64,000 bases of DNA from Clostridiaceae bacterium (GTDB taxonomy: Bacteria > Bacillota > Clostridia > DSM-8532): contig JAAYKJ010000197.1 in NCBI GenBank assembly GCA_012522505.1, positions 44-64,043 on the forward strand. The letters are read 5' to 3'. Both the position numbers and the translations under genes were made by a program. Numbering within the stretch: position 1 is the stretch's first letter; the number at the start of each line of letters is the position of its first letter. Positions 56,452 through 64,000 of the stretch are shown here, in pieces. Under the pieces are notes generated by a model. The model was not told the DNA's origin, did not search any database, and saw only the letters and a program-made list of their open reading frames with translations.

Positions 56452-56662
56452 GGATAAGCACCTTTGTTGGTCGTTGGTAAAGCGAATACAACTATATTCG
56501 TCCGTACTCAGTTTTTGTTGCACTGCAGCAAGCCAACACGGAAAAGAGTATGTGTTTGAAGACCTGTAGCATTACAAAAATTTTCAACGTGTTTATCTTA
56601 CTATTAAAATATTAAGGGTGTCAAATATAACGAAGGGTGAAAATATGCAGAAAAGATTCCCC

Positions 56663-56703
56663 CAGGAGTGTATTTTAGCCCGATTGGCCAAAATACACTC
56701 CTG
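56663..56703. repeat. 18-bp-stem hairpin built from inverted fragments of the MITE-like repeat core (copy G)
   Basis: CAGGAGTGTATTTTAGCC-cgatt-GGCCAAAATACACTCCTG. The arm matches GGCTAAAATACACTTCC of copies A, C and D. Confidence 0.5.
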
Positions 56704-56796
56704 ACACCTGTAAGCTTTAGCCACATGTTATACAGGCCGCTGCAGAAGCAGGGGCAGGAATTGAATTGAAAACCCTGTTCCAAAAACCGTAAGAAA

Positions 56797-58863
56797 CTAG
56801 TATTTGAACTGTTCCATACTTTCCTTCATTGCAGCAGATAGATCAGCTAAACTATCACTTAACTCAGCAATTTGTTCCATATAGGCTGTCTGCTCCTCAA
56901 CAGATGCGGTTACTTCCTCTGTGCCTGCAGCACCTTGTTGGGCTGCGGCCGAAAGTTGGCTGATAATATTAAGCAAGTCGCCCCGTTTCTCCTCCACTTG
57001 TTCAATTGATTTCCGTAAGGTGTCCATACTCATTCTCGTGCTTTCAATGGAGGAGGCTATCCCATCAAATTTAACTTCTGTCAATTTAACACTCTCTGCC
57101 TGGGATAAAACAATTTCCGAAACCTCCTTGATTGATTTTACCGAGCCTGCCGATTTTTCATTTAATTGCAGAATTAATGCGATAATTTCCTTCGCAAATT
57201 TATCTGAATCCACTGCCAGCTGTCGTATTTTATCTGCCACTACAGCAAAACCTCTTCCATGCTCACCGGCACTGGCCGCCTCAATCGTCGCATTCAATGC
57301 AAGAAGGTTTGTTTGTTTCGCGATGTTTTCAATCATATTGCTGGAATCATGAATTTTATGAACCGTCTCGTTTGTTGTCGTTATAACATCATCTATATGC
57401 TTAATGTGCTGATTACTGATTTCTGTAATCTGAATCAGTTCATTTAGGATAGAGAAACCTTCATTTTTCATTTGATCTACGGTATCTGCCAGCTCTTCCA
57501 ACCTCTGCATATCCTGCCGGGACTGCTCTACCAGCTTACCAACCTCATCTGCCCTTATAACACCTGTCTGCATCTCTTCCGCCTGTATATTTGCTGAAGA
57601 TGCTATCTCTTCAACCGCCTGCGATACTTCTTTGAGCGTCTGCATAGACTGTTGAATCTTTCGGTTAATATTTGAAGTGGATGAAAAAACCTCATTGGAA
57701 ATCCTATTATTTTCCTTCAGCAATTTCCGTAAATTATCACCCATCATGTTAAATGTTTGTGCAAGAATGCCCAGTTCATCTTTTCTGGCCAAATGTTTCT
57801 TATTGATAGACTTTGAAAAGTCACCCTTCGCCATTTGGTGGCATTCCTTCGTCAGAGAAACAATTGGTTTATTGATGCCTGAAGCAATGACATAGACGAT
57901 GGCTAAACTTATCAGTAAAAAAACCAGAGACATCGTAATAAACCTGTTCTGTAGTTCTTTAAGGCCATACAGAACCTCGTTTCTGTTTACTTCCACTCCT
58001 ACAGACCATCCTAAATTGCTCACAGGTGCGAACCCCATCAGCTTATCCTCACCCATGAAACGATATTCTCCAAAACCGGTTTGTCCGGACATCATCTGCT
58101 GTTCAATTCTCGTAAATACCTCATCATACGCCTCCTCCCCTTCTTCAGCATGAAGGGTGGCACTGGAAACCCCATCAACTCGCAAAGTAGCGCCTGTCGT
58201 TGCGTCGATTTCCGCAGATTGAATACGCTCTAAGATAATACTCTTGTTGGTGTGCGCAATGGTTCTGCCTTCCTGATTGATAAGAAAAGCACTGCCCGAC
58301 TGTCCATACTGTATTTTCCCTACCATGTCGCTAAGCTCAAAACCGTCCCGCTCTGCAATTAATACACCGGTGATTCCGTTTCCACGGAATATCGGAACAG
58401 CATATACCATAACGATGGAACCGTCGTTTTCAGTTCTAATCGGATCAGAAGCTATTCGGTTCCCCTCCAATGCCAAAGGAAAGTATGGCATATTCTTCAG
58501 ATCTGAAATCTCCCCATTATCATATAATGCCTTCCCCTGCTTATCAATAACAGCCATGCGGATATGGCCAGCCCTGGCTGATTCATTTCGCAAAACATCC
58601 ATCACTTCCGCTTTGTATTGATCTGAATCTTGCATATGAATGATATATTCATTGTTCGCAATAACCTCCAATGCACTTAAATGCATGGAAATACTGGTAT
58701 CCATCATTTTGGACGCTTCAGATGCAAATGTTGGCATGGTTTCCTGTGAATATTGAATGAGTACCCCTGACGATGTTGTATAGGCAACAATTCCAAGTCC
58801 GATGCATATGACCAGCAAAAGACCCCCAAAATATAGCAGCATTCTGGCCTTCAATTTTTTCAT
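56797..58863 (-). CDS. methyl-accepting chemotaxis protein (Cache-type sensor, HAMP, MA domain)
   Basis: TM1, a ~270-aa periplasmic-type domain, TM2, HAMP, and the conserved signalling hairpin [37 protein letters not shown]. Start at M 58863. Confidence 0.9.
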   Translation of the reverse strand: MKKLKARMLLYFGGLLLVICIGLGIVAYTTSSGVLIQYSQETMPTFASEASKMMDTSISMHLSALEVIANNEYIIHMQDSDQYKAEVMDVLRNESARAGHIRMAVIDKQGKALYDNGEISDLKNMPYFPLALEGNRIASDPIRTENDGSIVMVYAVPIFRGNGITGVLIAERDGFELSDMVGKIQYGQSGSAFLINQEGRTIAHTNKSIILERIQSAEIDATTGATLRVDGVSSATLHAEEGEEAYDEVFTRIEQQMMSGQTGFGEYRFMGEDKLMGFAPVSNLGWSVGVEVNRNEVLYGLKELQNRFITMSLVFLLISLAIVYVIASGINKPIVSLTKECHQMAKGDFSKSINKKHLARKDELGILAQTFNMMGDNLRKLLKENNRISNEVFSSTSNINRKIQQSMQTLKEVSQAVEEIASSANIQAEEMQTGVIRADEVGKLVEQSRQDMQRLEELADTVDQMKNEGFSILNELIQITEISNQHIKHIDDVITTTNETVHKIHDSSNMIENIAKQTNLLALNATIEAASAGEHGRGFAVVADKIRQLAVDSDKFAKEIIALILQLNEKSAGSVKSIKEVSEIVLSQAESVKLTEVKFDGIASSIESTRMSMDTLRKSIEQVEEKRGDLLNIISQLSAAAQQGAAGTEEVTASVEEQTAYMEQIAELSDSLADLSAAMKESMEQFKY

Positions 58864-59029
58864 TCTATTAAACTCCTCTGTAAAAAAATGTTCTTGGAAC
58901 AAAACAAACTTTTTTATTATAGATATATATACCAATATTCTGTCTACATAAAACAGTATTCCGCTTTCTTTTTGTAATTCCATCCCTCCAGCTAACACAG
59001 ACCACGGACGGAGTTATTACATGGACATC

Positions 59030-59059
59030 TTGTTAAAAATAACCTGAATATGGTACAAT
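59030..59059 (+). promoter_or_regulatory. promoter candidate TTGTTA-18-TGgTACAAT upstream of the 359-aa gene
   Basis: An extended -10, leaving a ~150-nt leader. Confidence 0.35.
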
Positions 59060-59213
59060 TTAGTGGAGGTTTTTGTGGTGAAAACAAATCAATTCAGATA
59101 TTACAGTCGAGAGTAGGCCCTGGTGTCCGGTATATGATTAAGAATGATAGAAGCTTCTCGGATTCAGCGAGAAAACAGAAGATTATCCGTATTGATAAGG
59201 AGGAACGTTTTCT

Positions 59214-60293
59214 ATGAGATATAAAGAGGATTGGGAAAAAGTAAAAGCAAAATTCATCGAATACTGGGCAAAAGAGAATCACGACAGACCTCTTATTCAA
59301 GTGACCGCCCCCAGACAGGAATATAAGAAAAAAGAGATAACGATACCAGAAAAACTAGAAGAAAGGTGGACCGATACAGAGTATATCATCAAAAGCGGTC
59401 GTGAGGAAATGAAAGCCACTTTTTACGGTGCAGAGGCCTTTCCCATGATTTGGCCAAACCTGGGACCGGATATATTTGGGGCTACATTTGGCGGTGATAT
59501 TATTTTTGAAGAAACAACAAGTTATGCAAAACCATTTATAAATGACTGGTCTACATTGGGGAAACTAGAATTTGACCATAATAATCGATGGTGGAGGAAG
59601 ATTAAGTCTATCACAGAAGAGATCACCGCTGATGCAAAAGGAGACTATTTTGTGGGGATTACAGACCTCCATCCGGGAGCAGATGGCCTTGTGTCATTGA
59701 GAGGGCCAGAGAATCTATGTATGGATTTGTATGACTATCCGGATGTTGTGAAGCAACGGATTTTTGATTTGCTTCCGGCATTCAAGGAACAGCTGGATAC
59801 GCTGTTTACAATCACTTCACAGAATTTGCCGGGAAGCAGTAATTGGATGGGCGTATGGCATCCTGAAAAATGGTATGTCACTTCATGTGACTTTATCACA
59901 ATGATATCACCAGATATGTTTAAAGAATTCATTTTACCTGAATTGATGGAGGAAATTGAATGGTTGGATGGCAAAACCATTTTCCATCTGGATGGGCCCG
60001 GTGCATTAAAACACCTTGATATGCTTCTGGAAATTCCAAAGCTGGCAGGTATCCAATGGGTTTATGGGGCTGGACAGCCTACAGCAGCTTATTGGGTCCC
60101 GGTACTGAAAAAAATACAGGCTGCCGGTAAATTAATCCATATACATATCGTCCCGGAAGACCTGGATGTCCTATTGGAAGAAATAAAGCCTGAAGGGGTA
60201 ATGTATTGCCTGGCAGACCGTTGTGAGACCGAATATGATGCCAAAGAACTGATAAAGAAAGTGACACATTATTATAAACGGAGTTTGTATTGA
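59214..60293 (+). CDS. hypothetical protein, possibly a uroporphyrinogen-decarboxylase-like (URO-D/MtaA-like) TIM barrel
   Basis: 359 aa with a strong RBS AAGGAGG. The region DFITMISPDMFKEFILPELMEEIEWLDGKTIFHLDGPG resembles URO-D-like family proteins found in sugar loci. The assignment is weak. Confidence 0.4.
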   Translation: MRYKEDWEKVKAKFIEYWAKENHDRPLIQVTAPRQEYKKKEITIPEKLEERWTDTEYIIKSGREEMKATFYGAEAFPMIWPNLGPDIFGATFGGDIIFEETTSYAKPFINDWSTLGKLEFDHNNRWWRKIKSITEEITADAKGDYFVGITDLHPGADGLVSLRGPENLCMDLYDYPDVVKQRIFDLLPAFKEQLDTLFTITSQNLPGSSNWMGVWHPEKWYVTSCDFITMISPDMFKEFILPELMEEIEWLDGKTIFHLDGPGALKHLDMLLEIPKLAGIQWVYGAGQPTAAYWVPVLKKIQAAGKLIHIHIVPEDLDVLLEEIKPEGVMYCLADRCETEYDAKELIKKVTHYYKRSLY

Positions 60294-60424
60294 TAGCATA
60301 CAATTAACTCTTGCATGCATACCCTCGTATGCTTCATTTGGAACTCTTCGGAAGGTTGCCTGTATCCATGATTTCGGTATTGGGGCAACAAGCGTTTTGC
60401 TTGCAAAATACGCAATTAGCTGCG

Positions 60425-60487
60425 AGCATTATAAAAAACTCCACTTCAGTGGGGGGTTGAAACCCACCCCTGAAGTGGAAATCGGAT
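60425..60487 (+). repeat. partial MITE-like repeat (copy E): TIR-like AGCATTATAAAA followed by the left-module hairpin
   Basis: ACTTCAGTGGGGGGTTGAAACCCACCCCTGAAGTGGAAATCGG compares with GCTTCAGCCGGGGATTGAAACCCGTCACTGAAGTATCGG in copy B. Confidence 0.6.
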
Positions 60488-60537
60488 TATTTTAAAATCT
60501 TCAGTTGATTAAGTTAACCTTAATGTGCTGCCCACAC

Positions 60538-63000
60538 TCAGCCATTCTTCCCTTGGGAAAGCCCCAGCCGTAGCACGCTAAAGGAATATTTCGGTGCATG
60601 ATACTCAAATTCTGATGATAGATTACCAATTGTAAACGGTTTGGGTGAAACCTTGGTCTTATCTTCAAAGCTATTGATGTCGTATTTATCTTCCGAGGTC
60701 AGGATCCATCCCTTGGCAGTACTGTCTACATCTTGATCAAGCCTGATTTTAACTGCTTCATTCTGGCTGGAAAGATTTATAATCTTGACGATAGCTTCGT
60801 TGGATTTATCATCAACCGTGGCGACGGCGGTTATCATCGGGAAAGGCTCTACAGTGTAGGAGTTGACTAATTTCCCGTTTAAGTAGCATTCTATTTTCTT
60901 ATCTTTTGCAACAATTTTCATATGATGAACGGTGTTGTTTTGGATATCTACTTTCACCCTTGGTGTTGTAAACTGTACTTTCAAGCGTTTAATTCCTTCT
61001 ATATAACTTTCTCCGTTTTCGATAACCCAGTTGTATCTTTGGATTCTTTTGGGTGACCAGTAGGGTTGGTAAATATCCCCTACAGATTCCATCCGCTCAT
61101 TCCAGACGCTCATTTTAATTGTTTTCATTTCTTCAGTAAATAGTACATCGGCAGACAAAGTATAGTTTTCTGCCTTTTCTTCACCAAACAGACACCATGC
61201 ATCATCTGTTACAGAAGAATATTCTCCATCCTTCACGGTAAATTCACCTGTAATATTGGCTGTAATATGATTCTGTTTCTCTTCATCGATTGTTACATTG
61301 CTGAAAACAACCCCCGCAGTCTCCGCGTAGAGCCCTGCCCTGCCCCATTTATCCTCTGTGATGGAATCTGTCTTAACATCGCATCCTACAACAGTATCTC
61401 CACGGTTTTCACCCAACATCTGAAGCATATAATAGCTTGGGATGCCAAAGCTTTCATGGTTGTTGAACAAAATCAGATTTGGGTACCATGATGAATAGCT
61501 TGAATTCATAAACAAAGGTGCATAGCAAGACATGGTTACAATATCCTGATTTTTCTCAAGACCTGTCAGGAACACCGCCTCTCCGAGAGCAGAGTAAAGG
61601 GACGCATTCACCCTGTTGTTTGTAACTGCGTATTCTCCAACAAAAATTTCAGGACCATTCCTGTCATAATCATCATATCGGTTGTGGTTCAATGCAAAAA
61701 ATTCTGTATCATTATAAAAATGTTCATCTACCATATCGGTGGGTAAACCATCCAGTTCGGTATGTGTATTGGCTATGAAAATAATATCCGGATATTTTTC
61801 TTTTAATGCAGTGTAAAACTCCAGATATCTTTTGTTGTATTGTTCGCCATAGTTCTCATTGCCTATTTCAATATATTTCATTTTAAAGGGTTCTGGATGT
61901 CCATTTTTGGCACGCAAACCTCCCCAATATGTGTCAGCAGGTGCTATGGCATATTCGATTGCATCCATTGCGTCCTGTAAATATTCCTTTGCGAGCTCAT
62001 CATCAAAGTAATCAGGGTTTCTATGCTGGCAGGTCATACCACAATTGATAACATACATCGGTTCGAGATTGATGTCTTCGCAAAGTTGCAAATACTCATG
62101 AAATCCCAACCCATTGGTTGTGCGGTAAAACCAGAGCAGCCAATGACTGGGTCTTTCCCAGACGGGACCGATGGTGTTTTCAAACTTTAGTGCGGTTTCC
62201 TTCGTCAATCCTTCAACGATACATCCCCCTGGAAAACGGAGAAAACTGGAGTGCATTCCATCCAGAAGTTCAACAATATCCTTTCTTAATCCATTGATGC
62301 GTCTATTATAGGTTTCAACAGGCATCAGGGAAGAAAACCCTATTTTTAAAGTTCCTCGTTGTTTTGAACGGATATGAAATGTAGCCTCAACATCGGTTTC
62401 TTCCGCGGTAAGCAAGCAATCGTACCGATTAAACTCGGCTGAATTAACTTCAACGGTTTGGGCAGCATAAACCTTTTTCCCACATCTGCTTCTGAGAGAA
62501 ACCTCCACGGTTTGGCTTCCTTCAATTGCTTTTGCAAACATGAAAAAATTATATTCTGCTCCCTTTTTAACGTATATTCCCGAATATCCAACATTATACA
62601 AGCTATTATCCGTGTTTTCCTCTTTAAAAGTAACTTCCAGGCTGCATCGTCTGTTTTTGTTCAATGTATCATTTTCATCCAAAGCTACATCAATATCTGC
62701 ACTTTCTTTTAACACATACCAGCCAGGAATTTTAGTTGGAGCTACACTCTCATACCAGCTATCCATGCCTTCCCCATTGTTGAATGCGCATTTATACCCT
62801 GTAGGTGTTATGAAGTACTTACCATCCTCCACAGCCTCGCACCCATATGGAACAATTGAATCTTCAAAGGAACGATTCCTAATCATCTCGGGATATAAGC
62901 CACCATCACCCACACGATTGATATCTTCAAAGAATATTCCGTATAAGTCCTTACTTGTTTTGAATCTTCTGTTTTTTGTTTGAATGAAAATCTGGCTCAT
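60538..63000 (-). CDS. alpha-L-arabinofuranosidase, GH51 (long form with an N-terminal CBM-like domain)
   Basis: Contains LYPEMIRNRSFED, FLRFPGGCIVEG, GPVWERP and YIEIGNENYG (acid/base Glu motif). GAGGAGG-8nt-ATG at 63000; the ORF track starts at 63042. Confidence 0.85.
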   Translation of the reverse strand: MSQIFIQTKNRRFKTSKDLYGIFFEDINRVGDGGLYPEMIRNRSFEDSIVPYGCEAVEDGKYFITPTGYKCAFNNGEGMDSWYESVAPTKIPGWYVLKESADIDVALDENDTLNKNRRCSLEVTFKEENTDNSLYNVGYSGIYVKKGAEYNFFMFAKAIEGSQTVEVSLRSRCGKKVYAAQTVEVNSAEFNRYDCLLTAEETDVEATFHIRSKQRGTLKIGFSSLMPVETYNRRINGLRKDIVELLDGMHSSFLRFPGGCIVEGLTKETALKFENTIGPVWERPSHWLLWFYRTTNGLGFHEYLQLCEDINLEPMYVINCGMTCQHRNPDYFDDELAKEYLQDAMDAIEYAIAPADTYWGGLRAKNGHPEPFKMKYIEIGNENYGEQYNKRYLEFYTALKEKYPDIIFIANTHTELDGLPTDMVDEHFYNDTEFFALNHNRYDDYDRNGPEIFVGEYAVTNNRVNASLYSALGEAVFLTGLEKNQDIVTMSCYAPLFMNSSYSSWYPNLILFNNHESFGIPSYYMLQMLGENRGDTVVGCDVKTDSITEDKWGRAGLYAETAGVVFSNVTIDEEKQNHITANITGEFTVKDGEYSSVTDDAWCLFGEEKAENYTLSADVLFTEEMKTIKMSVWNERMESVGDIYQPYWSPKRIQRYNWVIENGESYIEGIKRLKVQFTTPRVKVDIQNNTVHHMKIVAKDKKIECYLNGKLVNSYTVEPFPMITAVATVDDKSNEAIVKIINLSSQNEAVKIRLDQDVDSTAKGWILTSEDKYDINSFEDKTKVSPKPFTIGNLSSEFEYHAPKYSFSVLRLGLSQGKNG

Positions 63001-63337
63001 TAAGCAGTCCTCCTCAGTCAGAATATAATAAATTTTCCCCAATGTATGAGATAATAATACTCTAGAGGGTCAATTGTTTCAACTGTTTTCTCGATATCTG
63101 TTCCCTAAAACAAAAGAGTCTGCGGTATAATTTGAAGATGCTCGAGAAATTTCCTGAACTTGCCTTCCATATTGTGTCTGCGATAATGTTATTAGGGAGT
63201 GCTTCAAGTTGTTTAATACACTTCAAACACTCCCTAATGACCATTACAAATGCATTTAGCAGACGCCATCTTTCACCATCTATTCTCATCTGTGTCCGAC
63301 AACCGCAGGAAGTTGGTTGACATCGTCCACAGCAGAC

Positions 63338-64000
63338 TTAGCCCTTAATCCCCCCTGAAGAAAGACCATCAATAAATGATTTTTGGTTGAACAGAAACAC
63401 AATTACAATCGGTATAATCGCCAAAACAGAACCAGCGATCAGCATATCATAATTGTTTCCGTAGGGAGTCATTAATGATGACAGGCCTATCGGTAGTGTG
63501 AAGTTCTGGTTTGTACGCAAAACAATCAAAGGCCAAACAAAGCTGTTCCAGTTTTGCATTGCCAATAAGATAGTCATCGCTCCAAATGCTGGCTTCATTA
63601 AGGGCACCATAATTTTAAAATACAAACCGAATTCTGTACACCCATCTATCCTCCCCGCAGACAAGAAGTCTTTTTCCAATCCAATGGCATACTGTCTGAA
63701 AAAGAATACGGCCAAAGGAGATACCATGAAAGGAAGAATGACTCCTGAGTAAGTATTAATTATCCTAAACTGCACGGTTAGTCGGTATAGAGGGAGCATT
63801 AATATTTCTAAGGGTATCATCATGACAAACAACACCAGTACAAAAACAAGGTTTTTGCCTTTAAATTTATACACCCCCAAGCCATAGCCCACCATTGATG
63901 AGAAAAATGAGGATAAAATGGTGAAAAAGAACGTGATGAGGACGCTGTTTTTATACCAATGCAAATAGATGTTGCCCTCTCCGAACAGAATATATTTATA
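63338..64000 (-). CDS. carbohydrate ABC transporter permease, N-terminus beyond the window edge
   Basis: Has the loop DFLSAGRIDGCTEFGLYFKIMVPLMKP. The frame remains open upstream of the listed M (63964) to the window end. Confidence 0.85.
   Translation of the reverse strand, partial: YKYILFGEGNIYLHWYKNSVLITFFFTILSSFFSSMVGYGLGVYKFKGKNLVFVLVLFVMMIPLEILMLPLYRLTVQFRIINTYSGVILPFMVSPLAVFFFRQYAIGLEKDFLSAGRIDGCTEFGLYFKIMVPLMKPAFGAMTILLAMQNWNSFVWPLIVLRTNQNFTLPIGLSSLMTPYGNNYDMLIAGSVLAIIPIVIVFLFNQKSFIDGLSSGGIKG

Overview
The window reads as an origin-proximal chromosomal segment of a spore-forming, moderate-GC Firmicute of the class Clostridia. Markers are sigH, sspF, tilS-hpt-ftsH, dnaB-rplI and rpsR. 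I count about 55 CDS and 4 tRNAs, most on the minus strand. Roughly 1-27.6 kb is housekeeping: U32 peptidase, zapA, tex, sigH, msmX-like ATPase, argB, a MetH-like gene, ftsH, hpt, tilS, dnaB, rplI, rpsR, a ttcA-like gene, a P-type ATPase, tRNA-Glu/Met/Ser/Ser, sspF. The rest is accessory metabolism and regulation: a lipase-like hydrolase, an LCP protein, a DUF2229/activase triad, glpK, a visibly more AT-rich sugar ABC/glycosidase locus with a membrane AraC regulator, a PadR/DUF1700-DUF4097 pair, a feoA-feoA-feoB operon with a divergent DtxR-like repressor, a kinase/lyxose-isomerase/polyol-dehydrogenase cassette with a ROK regulator, an MCP, and a GH51 arabinofuranosidase. I found no CRISPR array, cas genes, transposase, integrase, phage genes or recognisable defence genes, and I cannot point to a convincing new multi-gene system. 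The strongest signals not explained by ordinary annotation are: (1) a dispersed ~150-bp MITE-like repeat family with terminal inverted repeats, with 4 long and about 5 fragmentary copies, which also creates spurious N-terminal ORF extensions; (2) a dense cluster of DnaA-box-like 9-mers in a convergent intergenic region; (3) a repeated TGGTTAG-N6-CTAACCA palindrome plus a Fur box in the feo/dtxR locus; (4) a mannitol-1-phosphate-dehydrogenase-like gene split by a single in-frame TAA; (5) an orphan DUF2229 x2 + activase module; (6) a P-loop/Asp23-like fusion next to sigH. Two genes are missing from the ORF track: the truncated U32 peptidase at the left edge and the 54-aa sspF.
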